Below, one piece after another: positions 30,552 to 40,552 of a stretch of DNA of 64,000 bases; within the stretch, counting starts at the first letter, position 1, and every line of letters starts with the position of its first letter. The stretch is taken from positions 26,367 through 90,366 of the forward strand of contig JADHVF010000001.1 in NCBI GenBank assembly GCA_016784145.1, given 5' to 3'. The notes below the pieces were generated by a model. The model was given only the letters and a program-made list of their open reading frames with translations. It did not search any database and was not told the origin of the DNA. The translations under genes and the position numbers were made by a program. This DNA comes from Patescibacteria group bacterium. Its GTDB lineage: Bacteria > Patescibacteriota > Patescibacteriia > UBA2591 > UBA6264.

Positions 30552-31411
30552 GATATAAAAAAATTATCTTATATTTTTATCGTTTAATTCTTTGCTTATT
30601 TTTAGTTTGTTTTTTTGCTTGGTTATTTAATAAAAATATAATTCCACAAGGACATTTATTTTTGTCAAAGGATTTTTGCTCTAAATCAAGTTTTGTTTCT
30701 AATTTATATCCCGAAAATAGAGTTGGAGAAATTGAAATAGATGAAAATTCTAATTGTTGGCAAAAAATTTTTGTAGAGCCGGTTTATTTTAAAACAAAAA
30801 TTCCTAGAACTTTTACAAGAGCATCTGTAAAAATAAGTTACTCTAATCCAGATCAAGCTATTTTTCAAGTAGGATTGATGAAAAAAAGAATCAATCCACT
30901 TGATTGGAATTTTAAATTAAAATTAATTGAAAATAAAATTTTTGATGAACTAGATTGGCATAAATTAACAAGGGAAAATGTTACATTATGGCAAAAAGAA
31001 AAAAAGTTTAATACTATTCATGAATATGTTAATAATGTCCCTGATGATCAAAAAACAGTCACATTTTATTATCAGTTTGATGAACAGGCAATAAAGGATA
31101 AAACAAAAGTGGTTGGTTGGAATAGAAAAACTCCATTAGAATATGTTGACTATATTATTGCTAAATATGAGCCACCCCAGGTCATGGGAGAATGGAAGGA
31201 AAAAACAATAGAGTTTTTAGTTGGGCCAGATTATATGAATAACCATGCTTTGGAATTTATAATATCTTCTCCGGGATTAACAGTTAATCGTAATGAAATT
31301 AAAATTAATAAAATAGAAATTAATTTATATAGAAAAAATAGTAATTTCAAGATTTTTATAGAAGACATTGTTTTCTATTTGTCTAAAAAAATAGCTAAAA
31401 TTATAAATTAA
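30548..31411 (+). CDS. Hypothetical membrane-anchored protein
   Basis: N-terminal TM; ATGA overlap with the upstream gene. Confidence 0.65.
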   Translation: MRYKKIILYFYRLILCLFLVCFFAWLFNKNIIPQGHLFLSKDFCSKSSFVSNLYPENRVGEIEIDENSNCWQKIFVEPVYFKTKIPRTFTRASVKISYSNPDQAIFQVGLMKKRINPLDWNFKLKLIENKIFDELDWHKLTRENVTLWQKEKKFNTIHEYVNNVPDDQKTVTFYYQFDEQAIKDKTKVVGWNRKTPLEYVDYIIAKYEPPQVMGEWKEKTIEFLVGPDYMNNHALEFIISSPGLTVNRNEIKINKIEINLYRKNSNFKIFIEDIVFYLSKKIAKIIN

Positions 31412-31414
31412 ATT

Positions 31415-31624
31415 ATGAAATATTTAAGATTAATTTATACTCTAGTTAAAGAATTATGGCTTACATTGATTGGCTTGTTATTAGTTTTATTTATACTTGA
31501 AGATATTCAGCCAGGTTTTGTAAGTTTTTGGGTGGATTTAAATTTATTTTTATTAATAATTACTGTTAGTGGATTTTTGACATTATTCTTATCAAGAATT
31601 GGTTGTCAAAACTGTAAAAAATGA
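31415..31624 (+). CDS. Hypothetical 2-TM protein
   Basis: 69 aa, two TM helices, operonic spacing. Confidence 0.6.
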   Translation: MKYLRLIYTLVKELWLTLIGLLLVLFILEDIQPGFVSFWVDLNLFLLIITVSGFLTLFLSRIGCQNCKK

Positions 31625-31639
31625 TAAAATAAGAACATT

Positions 31640-32569
31640 ATGATATATATTTTATTTATTATTTTATTTATTATTCTTTTGGGAGGATTTGCAGGGTTAT
31701 TTTATTTTTTTAATAATAGGTTTAAAGAGCTTAAAGAAAAAAATAATCAAGATGGTTCTTTTCTAATGCTAAATCAAAATTTACAAAATTTTCAAAATTC
31801 AGTCAGTAATCGTCTTGAGAAAACTTCGGATATTATTTCTCAATTAAACAAAGAATTAGGAGGCATGAAAGAAATAGGTCATCAAATGCAGTTGTTTCAA
31901 GATTTTTTAAAATCTCCAAAAGCAAGAGGAGGGATAGGAGAGCAGGTTTTAAAAAATTTACTTGAACAATATTTCTCAAAACAGCATTTTAGTTTTCAGC
32001 ATAAATTCAAAACAGGCAAGATAGTTGATGCTATTTTAAAAACAAAAGAGGGGATAATACCGATTGATTCGAAGTTTTCGCTTGATAATTTTAGAAAATT
32101 AATAAAAGCAAAGTCAACTCAAGAAGAACAGAAAATTAAAAAATTATTTATTCGTGATATTAAAAATCACATTGACAGTATTTCCAAAAAATATATTCTT
32201 CCAGATGAAGGCACGGTTGATTTTGCAGTAATGTATGTTCCCTCTGAAGCGGTTTATTATGAGATTATTAAAATGGAAGAAAAAATTGATGATTATGCTA
32301 GAGAAAAAATGGTTTATTTTGTTTCACCAAATTCTTTTTATTATTTTCTTAGAATTATAATGATTGGAATGCAAGGACAAGAAATACAAGAGAATTCAAA
32401 ACAACTTTTACGAGTATTAACAACAGTCCAAAAAGATATGAGCAAGTTTAATACAATTTTAGGATTAGTTAATACTCATATTAATAATGCTAAAAATGCT
32501 GTTGATCAAGCAAATAATCAATATACAAAATTAATGGGCAAAGTTGATCAGGTTAAATTATTAAAATAA
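31640..32569 (+). CDS. rmuC: DNA recombination protein RmuC
   Basis: N-terminal TM and coiled coil, RGGIGE, PIDSKF, KKYILP.EGT.DFAVMYVPSE. Confidence 0.92.
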   Translation: MIYILFIILFIILLGGFAGLFYFFNNRFKELKEKNNQDGSFLMLNQNLQNFQNSVSNRLEKTSDIISQLNKELGGMKEIGHQMQLFQDFLKSPKARGGIGEQVLKNLLEQYFSKQHFSFQHKFKTGKIVDAILKTKEGIIPIDSKFSLDNFRKLIKAKSTQEEQKIKKLFIRDIKNHIDSISKKYILPDEGTVDFAVMYVPSEAVYYEIIKMEEKIDDYAREKMVYFVSPNSFYYFLRIIMIGMQGQEIQENSKQLLRVLTTVQKDMSKFNTILGLVNTHINNAKNAVDQANNQYTKLMGKVDQVKLLK

Positions 32570-32572
32570 TTT

Positions 32573-33700
32573 ATGAATTTTATTAAAGCCGTGGCTATTT
32601 TAATGGGGACTGTAATTGGAGCTGGCATATTTGGTCTGCCTTTTGCTTTTTCAAAATCAGGCTTTTTGATCGGAGTAGTGTATTTGTTTTTATTTTTTAT
32701 AGTATTATTGATAGGAAAATTTTGTTATGCAGAATTAATATTAAGAACCAAAGATGACTTAGAGATGCCAGGATATGCTAATAAATATTTGGGCAAATGG
32801 GGGAAGACATTAATTACAGTATCTTTAGTTCTTGGAATATATGCAGCCTTAACAGCTTATACAATTGGTGTCGGAGAATTTTTAGACATTATTCTTTCTC
32901 CTTTAATTGGTGGCACTCCTTTTGTTTGGTCTTTTATTTTTTGGGCTTTTGCAAGCATTGTAGTTTTAATTGGCATTAATGTTATTTCTCGGTTAGAAAT
33001 GTTTATGTCGGCTGGTCTTATTTTTGTTGTTTTTTTTATATTTATATTAACTTATCCCCATGTTGATATAAATAATTTAAAAATAATTAATTTTGACAAC
33101 ATATTTTTTCCTTATGGAATTGTTCTTTTTGCATTAGGAGGGGCAACAGCAATTCCTCTTATGAGAAAAATATTAACCAAACAAGTTAAATTACTAAAAC
33201 CAGCTATTATAGTTGGATTGATTATCCCTGTTTTAATTTATATAATTTTTTCAATTTCTATTATGGGAGTAACAGGAGTTAATACAACAGAAACAGCTCT
33301 GGCAGGGTTAAAAACAGTTGTAAATGGAAAAATAATATTAGTTGGTGGAATTTTTGGAATCTTAGCCATGTCCACTTCTTTTTTAGCTCTAGCATATGTT
33401 CTTCGTCAATTGTTTCAAATTGATTATAATATTCCATTATTTTTTTCATGGCTGTTAACAATTTCTGTACCAATGATTTTATTTGCTTTAGGTTTAAAAA
33501 GTTTTGTAAAAGTAATTGGATTTTCCGGAGGGATATTAGCTGGTTTGCAAAGCATGATTTTAATTGCTAGCTATTATAAGGCCAAGAAAATAGGGGACAG
33601 GAAGCCAGAGTTTTCTTTTAATCTTCCCAGGCCGTTTGCTTATTTAATTTATTTTATTTTTATAATTGGAATTATTTATCAGTTTGTTTATTCTTTTTAA
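32573..33700 (+). CDS. Aromatic amino acid / HAAAP-family permease
   Basis: GTVIGAGIFGLP, about 11 TMs, TSFL motif. Confidence 0.85.
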   Translation: MNFIKAVAILMGTVIGAGIFGLPFAFSKSGFLIGVVYLFLFFIVLLIGKFCYAELILRTKDDLEMPGYANKYLGKWGKTLITVSLVLGIYAALTAYTIGVGEFLDIILSPLIGGTPFVWSFIFWAFASIVVLIGINVISRLEMFMSAGLIFVVFFIFILTYPHVDINNLKIINFDNIFFPYGIVLFALGGATAIPLMRKILTKQVKLLKPAIIVGLIIPVLIYIIFSISIMGVTGVNTTETALAGLKTVVNGKIILVGGIFGILAMSTSFLALAYVLRQLFQIDYNIPLFFSWLLTISVPMILFALGLKSFVKVIGFSGGILAGLQSMILIASYYKAKKIGDRKPEFSFNLPRPFAYLIYFIFIIGIIYQFVYSF

Positions 33701-33756
33701 AATATATTTTTTTTATTAATGGTCTCTGTTAATCAGGGATTTTTTGTTTAAAAAAG

Positions 33757-33861
33757 TTATCCACAGTCAGTGGTTGATAGGTGGTAAAAAATGGTTTATA
33801 ATATAAGCATCGTGTAAGCCTGTGGAGAAAAGTGGGGATAACTTAATAAAACTGTGGAAAA
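33757..33861. promoter_or_regulatory. mraZ upstream region with DnaA-box-like 9-mers and GTGG MraZ-box-like repeats
   Basis: Perfect TTATCCACA at 33757; one-mismatch reverse boxes at 33821, 33833 and 33853; GTGG at 33770/33781 and 33822/33832. Confidence 0.55.
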
Positions 33862-33867
33862 TTATAT

Positions 33868-34299
33868 ATGTTTATAGGGGAATATAATTATTCAATAGAT
33901 GATAAAAATAGACTGGGAATTCCAGTTAAGTTTAGGTCTGAACTATTAAAAGGGGCTGTTGTCACAAAAGGTATTGACGACTGCCTTTCTTTATATACAA
34001 AGGAAGAGTGGAGAAAATATGTAACCAAGATATCTGCTATGCCAACTAGTAAGTTTAAAAATAGAGCTTTTCAAAGATTAATGTTGGCTGGAGCAATGGA
34101 TGTAAAAATAGATAAACAGGGAAGAATTACTTTGCCTGATTATTTAAAAAAATATGGCAAGATTAAAAAAAAGGTAGTAATAGCTGGGCTTTATAATAGA
34201 TTAGAAATATGGGACGAGAAAAAGTGGGATGAATATAGAAAAAAATCAGAAGCAAGTAGCTCTGAAATAGCAGAAACACTTGATGACATAGGGTCATAA
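33868..34299 (+). CDS. mraZ: Transcriptional regulator MraZ
   Basis: MFIGEY, IDDKNRL, IDKQGRI, RLEIWD. Confidence 0.96.
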   Translation: MFIGEYNYSIDDKNRLGIPVKFRSELLKGAVVTKGIDDCLSLYTKEEWRKYVTKISAMPTSKFKNRAFQRLMLAGAMDVKIDKQGRITLPDYLKKYGKIKKKVVIAGLYNRLEIWDEKKWDEYRKKSEASSSEIAETLDDIGS

Positions 34300-34308
34300 A
34301 ATTTTAAC

Positions 34309-35181
34309 ATGCATATACCCGTTCTTTTAAATGAAGCAATTCATTATCTTAATCCAAAACCAGGCCAAAATTTTATTGATTGTACGATTGGACAATTAGG
34401 GCATTCAATTAAAATTTTAAATAAAACAAAACCAAGTGGAAAAATACTCGGGATTGATTTATCTAAACAAGCAATTGAATCTAGCCAAAAGCAACTTAAT
34501 AATATAGGAATTTTTGACAGGGCTGTTTTGGTAAATGATAATTTTGCAAATTTAAAAAAAATTGTTCAATCTAAAAAAATTAAACCAATACATGGCATTT
34601 TATTAGACCTCGGACTTTCAACAAACTTGATAGAAGAGAGTAATAAGGGATTTAGTTTTATGAGAGAGGAATTACTTGACATGAGATATGGTAAAACACA
34701 ATCAGGTCTCACGGCCATGAAAATACTTAATGGTTATTCAGAGCAAGACCTAGCAGATATTTTTTATGAATATGGAGGAGAAAGAAATTCTAGAAAAATA
34801 GCCAGGAATATTATTGAAAAAAGAAAAATTAAAAAAATAAAAACAACTGCAGAATTAAGAGATATTGTTATAAATTCTTTTAAACAAGGATTTCATGTTA
34901 AGTCGTTGGCAAGGGTTTTTCAAGCGTTAAGAATCGAAGTAAACAATGAATTAAATAATTTAAAACAGGTATTAGAACAGAGCATTGATGTATTGGAGCT
35001 AGGCGGAAGAATTGTCGTGATTAGTTATCATTCTTTGGAAGACAGGATTGTTAAGAGATTTTTTAAAACACAAGAGCAAATTAAAATTTTGACTAAAAGA
35101 CCAATAACCCCAAGCAAGCAAGAGATTGAATTAAATAAGAGGTCAAGAAGTGCTAAGCTTAGGGCTGGAGAAAAAAAATAA
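34309..35181 (+). CDS. rsmH: 16S rRNA m4C1402 methyltransferase
   Basis: HIPVLL, DLGLS, LDMR, FQALRIEVN, ISYHSLEDRIVK, RSRSAKLR. Confidence 0.96.
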   Translation: MHIPVLLNEAIHYLNPKPGQNFIDCTIGQLGHSIKILNKTKPSGKILGIDLSKQAIESSQKQLNNIGIFDRAVLVNDNFANLKKIVQSKKIKPIHGILLDLGLSTNLIEESNKGFSFMREELLDMRYGKTQSGLTAMKILNGYSEQDLADIFYEYGGERNSRKIARNIIEKRKIKKIKTTAELRDIVINSFKQGFHVKSLARVFQALRIEVNNELNNLKQVLEQSIDVLELGGRIVVISYHSLEDRIVKRFFKTQEQIKILTKRPITPSKQEIELNKRSRSAKLRAGEKK

Positions 35182-35185
35182 TAAT

Positions 35186-35491
35186 ATGGCACAAACAAAA
35201 ACAACAATAATCAATTTTACTTTATTAAATTGTATTTTTATTATTTTATTTTTAGCTTTAACAGGAGCTTTATTGTATCAATCAAATTCAATGGTTTATT
35301 ATGGGTTGGAGATTGATAAAAATAATGATATGCTTCAAGACCTTTTGATTCAAAATGAATATTTAACAAAAAAAATAGTTAGTTTTAATTCAATGGAGAA
35401 TATTTCCTATGTTTCCAAAAATTTAGACATGGTTAAGGTCGAAAAATTTGATTATATTGCTTTAAATCAAGAAGTATTTGCTCAAAAATAA
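35186..35491 (+). CDS. ftsL: FtsL-like cell division protein
   Basis: Single TM plus coiled coil, between rsmH and the PBP gene; in-frame ATG at 35186. Confidence 0.65.
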   Translation: MAQTKTTIINFTLLNCIFIILFLALTGALLYQSNSMVYYGLEIDKNNDMLQDLLIQNEYLTKKIVSFNSMENISYVSKNLDMVKVEKFDYIALNQEVFAQK

Positions 35492-35497
35492 ACCAAT

Positions 35498-37294
35498 ATG
35501 AAAAACATGACAGGGCGCTTAAAAATAACTATTGTTTTAGTTATTTTTCTTTTTGGCTTCGTGATAATTGCTCGACTTTTTGAGTTACAAATTTTAAAAA
35601 AGGATCATTTAAGGGGCTATTCGCTTCATAGAGATGATTCTTTAGTTAAATTAATCCCAGCTAGAAGAGGGGAAATAATTATAAAAGAAGACAAGGAAGA
35701 ATATAGATTAGCAGTTAATTCTAGAAAATATAATTTAATTGTTTCTCCAAGACAAATAGATAAAGAAAGTTTAGACAATTGGATAATGCAAATAAGTCCT
35801 TATTTAGACATAGAATATGAATTAAATGATAAAGATGTTGAATTGATTGAGGAGAATAAAACCACTGCAGATTTGAAATTTTTATTTTCTCGTCTTTCTT
35901 CTAAAACAGATTCTTATGAATTATTAAAAAAAGAAGTAGAAGTAGAGGAGGTTCAGCAAATAAAAAAGCTTGGATTAGCTGGCATAAGCTTTGAGCCACT
36001 AGAGAGAAGATTTTATCCTGAAAAAAATATTTTTTCTCATTTAATTGGTTTTTTAAGTAAAAATCAAGATTGTTTTGAAGAGCAAAATTGCCCTAATGCA
36101 AAAGGTCAATATGGAATAGAAGAATTTTTTGACAAAACACTGGCTGGAGAAAATGGCGAGTATAAGTCAGATGTTGATGCTCTGGGTAATATTATTCCTT
36201 CTCAAAGATATATTATTAAGCCAGCTAAAGATGGGGCAGACATTATAATTACAATTGATCGCTCCATACAGTTTTTTGTATGCAATACCCTGGTTGAGGC
36301 TGTTAATGAATATGAGGCTGAATCAGGGTCAATTTTGGTAGCCGATCCAAAGACAGGTGCAATCTTAGCCATGTGTAACTATCCTTTTTTTGATTCTAAT
36401 AAGTTTTTTGAGGAAGACATTTCTCTATTTAAAAATAATGCAATTTCTTCTGCATTTGAACCAGGGTCTGTTTTTAAGGTAATCACAATGGCTATGGGAA
36501 TTGATTTAGGATTAGTTAAACCAGAATCAACATATAATGATAAGGGATATATTGAGATAGAGGATTATATTATAAAAAACGTTGATGAAAAAAGTTTTGG
36601 GATTACCACCATGAACAATGTCTTGGAACAATCTATAAATACAGGGGCAGTTTTTGTGGCTGATTTAATTGGAATAAATAATTTTAGAAATTATACAAAA
36701 AAGTTTGGGCTGGGCAGTTTAACAGGCATAGGATTGGCAGGGGAAGCAAAGGCAAACATAGATAATTTAACTAAAAAATCAAAAACATATCTAGCCACAG
36801 CATCTTATGGGCATGGTATATCAGTTACCCCCATTCAAATGCTTAATGCAATTTCAGTAATTGCTAATTCAGGAAAATTAATGAAGCCATATATAGTTAA
36901 GTCAATTATAAGCCCTGACAAAGAAAAAATTATTTATAGTCCTGAATTTATTAGACAGGTTATTTCCCCATATACTGCTGCGACAATAACTTCAATGATG
37001 GTTTCTGTGCTTGAAAACGGGTATGGTAGAAGGGCAAAAGTTAAAGGATATCAAGTATCTGGCAAAACAGGAACAGCTATTATTCCTAAAAAAGGAGGAG
37101 GATATTTGGAAGAAGGCGTGATTCATTCTTTTGTTGGGTTTGCTCCTGCTTTTAATCCCAAGTTTGTTGCTTTAGTTAAGTTGGATAAACCCAAGCAACA
37201 TCGTTTTGCAGATTTAACTTCTGCTCCTTGTTTTGGAAAAATTGCAGAATTTATTTTAAATTATTATAATGTACCATTAGATAAAGAAAATTAA
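35498..37294 (+). CDS. ftsI: Class B penicillin-binding protein (FtsI-like)
   Basis: RRGEI, EPGSVFK (SxxK), SIN (SxN), GKTGTA (KTG). Confidence 0.92.
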   Translation: MKNMTGRLKITIVLVIFLFGFVIIARLFELQILKKDHLRGYSLHRDDSLVKLIPARRGEIIIKEDKEEYRLAVNSRKYNLIVSPRQIDKESLDNWIMQISPYLDIEYELNDKDVELIEENKTTADLKFLFSRLSSKTDSYELLKKEVEVEEVQQIKKLGLAGISFEPLERRFYPEKNIFSHLIGFLSKNQDCFEEQNCPNAKGQYGIEEFFDKTLAGENGEYKSDVDALGNIIPSQRYIIKPAKDGADIIITIDRSIQFFVCNTLVEAVNEYEAESGSILVADPKTGAILAMCNYPFFDSNKFFEEDISLFKNNAISSAFEPGSVFKVITMAMGIDLGLVKPESTYNDKGYIEIEDYIIKNVDEKSFGITTMNNVLEQSINTGAVFVADLIGINNFRNYTKKFGLGSLTGIGLAGEAKANIDNLTKKSKTYLATASYGHGISVTPIQMLNAISVIANSGKLMKPYIVKSIISPDKEKIIYSPEFIRQVISPYTAATITSMMVSVLENGYGRRAKVKGYQVSGKTGTAIIPKKGGGYLEEGVIHSFVGFAPAFNPKFVALVKLDKPKQHRFADLTSAPCFGKIAEFILNYYNVPLDKEN

Positions 37295-37296
37295 TT

Positions 37297-38589
37297 ATGT
37301 TTTTAAGTATCATAGAAAATTTTTTAGCAATACTTGCTAAAAAAACAATTAAAAAATATAAACCAGTAATTATTGGAATTACTGGCAGTGTTGGCAAGTC
37401 CAGCACAAAAGAAGCTGTTTATACTATTTTAAGCAATCATATTTTTTGTAGAAAAAATATTAAAAATTATAACAATGAAATAGGCCTACCATTAACTATT
37501 ATTGGATATGATTCGCCCGGGAAAAATGTTTTTGGATGGTTAAAAATATTTTTATTATCTTCCTTTAATCTTTTTTTTACAAAAAAGGATTACCCAAAAG
37601 TGTTAATACTTGAAATGGCGGCTGACAGGATTGGAGATATTGCTTATTTAAGAGATATTGCTCTTCCTAGTAGGGGAATAATAACAGCTATCAGCCCAGC
37701 TCATAGTGAATTTTTAGGAGGGCTTGATAATATTGCTAGAGAAAAACAAGCCATTATTAAAAAATTATCAAGTAATGATTGGGCAATTTTAAATGCTGAT
37801 GATGAAAGAATTATTCCAATGAAACAGATTACTAGGGCAAAAATAATAACTTTTGGCAATTCAATTGATGCGGATGTTAGAGTTATTTATTCATCAATGG
37901 AACAGGAAATAAAAGACAACCAGGTTAAAATAAAAGGAATAAAAATTCAGGTTAAATATAAAGATGATATTATTTCATTGTTTTTGCCCGGGATGGTTTC
38001 TTTATCAAGTATTTATTCTGTGTTAGCAGCTATTTCGATTGGAATAACATTTAATATTAAGACTAAAGACATGGTTAATTCGTTTAAGAGGTATAAACCA
38101 TTAAAAGGAAGAATGAATCCGCTTAAAGGCATAAACAAGACATTAATAATTGATGATACTTATAATTCTTCTCCTAGAGCAGCTATGTCTGCTTTAAATA
38201 CATTTGCCAAGATAAATACATCTTCTCAAGCTAAAAAATGGGTTATTATGGGAGACATGAAAGAACTTGGAGTATTGTCTGAAAAATCTCATTACGAAGT
38301 TGGACAGCTGGTGGCAGGAATGAATTTTGATTATTTAATTACAGTTGGAGAAGAATCTAGAGCATTAGCACAAGGAGCTGAAGAATCAGGTATGAATGAT
38401 AATAATATATTTAGCTTTCATGATTATCGCAAGGTTATTGATTTTTTAAAGCAAAGATTGAAAACAGGAGATATTATTTTAATAAAGGGCTCTCAGGCGT
38501 CAAGAATGGAGCAGATTGTTAAGGAAATAATAATGGATTCAGGCAAGGCAAAAGATTTACTAGTAAGGCAAAATCCTACTTGGTTATAA
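37297..38589 (+). CDS. murF: UDP-MurNAc-tripeptide--D-Ala-D-Ala ligase
   Basis: ITGSVGKSSTKE, NNEIGLP, IDDTYNSSP, GDMKELG, KGSQ. Confidence 0.93.
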   Translation: MFLSIIENFLAILAKKTIKKYKPVIIGITGSVGKSSTKEAVYTILSNHIFCRKNIKNYNNEIGLPLTIIGYDSPGKNVFGWLKIFLLSSFNLFFTKKDYPKVLILEMAADRIGDIAYLRDIALPSRGIITAISPAHSEFLGGLDNIAREKQAIIKKLSSNDWAILNADDERIIPMKQITRAKIITFGNSIDADVRVIYSSMEQEIKDNQVKIKGIKIQVKYKDDIISLFLPGMVSLSSIYSVLAAISIGITFNIKTKDMVNSFKRYKPLKGRMNPLKGINKTLIIDDTYNSSPRAAMSALNTFAKINTSSQAKKWVIMGDMKELGVLSEKSHYEVGQLVAGMNFDYLITVGEESRALAQGAEESGMNDNNIFSFHDYRKVIDFLKQRLKTGDIILIKGSQASRMEQIVKEIIMDSGKAKDLLVRQNPTWL

Positions 38590-38597
38590 TGTTTATC

Positions 38598-38905
38598 TTG
38601 AGCACGAATCTTCCTAAGAATCACTTAGAGGCCTTGCCCCTAAGTAGAATAGAAATTAATAATCAGTAATCAATAATCAATAATCAACAATCTCAATTAG
38701 AATCACTTAGGGGCCTTGCCCCTAAGTAGAATAGAAATTAATAATCAGTAATCAATAATCAGTAATCAATAATCAATAATCAATAATCTCAATTAGAATC
38801 ACTTAGGGGCCTTGCCCCTAAGTAAATATTGAGCACGAATCTTCCTAAGAATCACTTAGGGGCCTTGCCCCTAAGTAGAATAAGCAGAGTAAGTAGAGTA
38901 AGTAG
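38598..38905. repeat. Mosaic repeat: four copies of a 30-bp palindromic unit, heptamer arrays and a duplicated 19-bp linker
   Basis: AGAATCACTTAGGGGCCTTGCCCCTAAGTA at 38617 (one mismatch), 38699, 38795 and 38848. Spacers are CARTAAT arrays or TTGAGCACGAATCTTCCTA. Confidence 0.95.
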
Positions 38906-38926
38906 ATTGTTTTCATGTAGATGGGA

Positions 38927-40480
38927 TTAGAGGGATTTGATCATATAGGTGTTTTTGAGTCTATATCCTAGTTTGCGGTAATATTCTCTAGTGCCAATGC
39001 CGGCTATTATTGACATCTTTTTACAACCTCTTTGTTTAGCGATTTTAGTTGCTGCTAATATTAATTTTTTTCCTAATCCTAGATGCTGAGTTGCTTTATG
39101 CGGCTGTTTACTTGAATCAATTTCAATTAATTGTCCATATGTATGCAATTCTCTTATTAGGGCTGTTGAGCTGTTGGTTGGCAATCTTAATCTAATAAAA
39201 GCAGCTAATTTATCTTGTTTAGTGTCATTAAAAGATAACCATATTTCTTGTCCATCAGAGGCAGTATATTCTTTGTTTAATAATTTCAAGTTTTTAATTG
39301 TTATTTGTTTGTCTTTTATCTCTCTGCATCTAATGCATTTACATTTTAGTTTCATGTCTTTCATTTTTTCTTGAATTATCTCTCTTAAATTTGAAGTCTT
39401 GCTACCTGCTTCAATTTGCCAAGCAGGAATATCGCGAATTAATCGATTAATTCTAACATATCTAGGAGTGATTGATTTTATTTTAATAATTAAGTCAATT
39501 AATTGTTCGTCAGTATATGGTTTATAATTATTGTTTTTCCAAATATCAAACAATTTAGATCCTTTAGTAATTACACAAGGATATATTTTAAGCATGTCTG
39601 GCTGAAACACAGGATTAGTAAAAATTTGTTTAAACATGGCTAGATCTTTTTTAATTGAAGACCCTAATAATCCAGGCATCATATGATAACATATTTTAAA
39701 GCCGCTATTTTTTAATAATTTAGTTGCCTTAATTATTTCTTTTGTTTTATGTCCTCGATTATTTTTTTCTAAAATATCATCATAAACAGATTGAACCCCG
39801 ATTTCTACTCTTGTGCAACCAAGTTTTCTCATTCTCTTGATTTCTGTCTTGTTAATATAATCAGGCCTTGTTTCTAGTGTTAATCCAATAATACGATGTT
39901 TGGCTGTTTCATTTTTTTTCTGAGCAGATAGCAAAGTTTTACTTTTTGCTTGATTGGCTGCGTCAAAACATTTTTTGATAAACCAAATTTGATATTGTTT
40001 AGGCAAGTAACTCCAAGTACCCCCAATTACAATTAATTCAATTTTATCAACAGGGTGACCGGTTTGTTTTAATGATTTTATTCTCGTCACCACTTGTTTA
40101 TATGGATCAAAATCAAGTAATTTTGCTCTTTCAACAGCTGGTTCGCCTGATAGATAGCTTTTTGGAATACCAGCTTCAGTTGGGCAATAAATACAATCTC
40201 CAGGACATGGCCATTGTTTAGTTAGGACAGCCACGACAGCTACACCAGAAAGAGATCGGACAGGTCTTTTTTTTAATTGATTTTCAAAAAATGGAATTAT
40301 ATTTATTTTGTTTGTTGCTCGGGTTTGTTTGTATGCACTTAAAATATCAATGTTGCTAATCATGTTGATATTTAATTTTTTTGAAATTTTTCTTTTCCAT
40401 TTTAAAAAATCATCAAAATTATTAATTTTGCTTGATTTAATTTCCTGGGTTAATTTATAATTATTTATTTTATTTGCCAT
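38927..40480 (-). CDS. elp3: Elp3-type tRNA U34 carboxymethyltransferase (radical SAM plus KAT/GNAT)
   Basis: CPGDCIYCP, KSYLSGEP, GGTW, ETRPD, PDMLKIYP, RLIRDIP, CKCIRCRE, RELHTYG, QHLGLGK, GIGTREYYRKLGY. Confidence 0.95.
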   Translation of the reverse strand: MANKINNYKLTQEIKSSKINNFDDFLKWKRKISKKLNINMISNIDILSAYKQTRATNKINIIPFFENQLKKRPVRSLSGVAVVAVLTKQWPCPGDCIYCPTEAGIPKSYLSGEPAVERAKLLDFDPYKQVVTRIKSLKQTGHPVDKIELIVIGGTWSYLPKQYQIWFIKKCFDAANQAKSKTLLSAQKKNETAKHRIIGLTLETRPDYINKTEIKRMRKLGCTRVEIGVQSVYDDILEKNNRGHKTKEIIKATKLLKNSGFKICYHMMPGLLGSSIKKDLAMFKQIFTNPVFQPDMLKIYPCVITKGSKLFDIWKNNNYKPYTDEQLIDLIIKIKSITPRYVRINRLIRDIPAWQIEAGSKTSNLREIIQEKMKDMKLKCKCIRCREIKDKQITIKNLKLLNKEYTASDGQEIWLSFNDTKQDKLAAFIRLRLPTNSSTALIRELHTYGQLIEIDSSKQPHKATQHLGLGKKLILAATKIAKQRGCKKMSIIAGIGTREYYRKLGYRLKNTYMIKSL

Positions 40481-40552
40481 TGATTTTAATATTAGCATTT
40501 TTTTAAGAATTTGTCTTTTTTATTTTTAAAAAAAATGTTAGAATATAATATA

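Noticed and set aside
33757-33861. Replication origin (oriC)
   Set aside because: Only one perfect DnaA box, no dnaA/dnaN adjacent and no clear unwinding element; better explained as the mraZ promoter.
38617-38877. CRISPR array (four 30-bp palindromic repeats)
   Set aside because: The spacers are not unique: two are heptamer tracts of the same sequence and one duplicates the upstream flank. Lengths are 52/66/23 bp and no cas genes are nearby.
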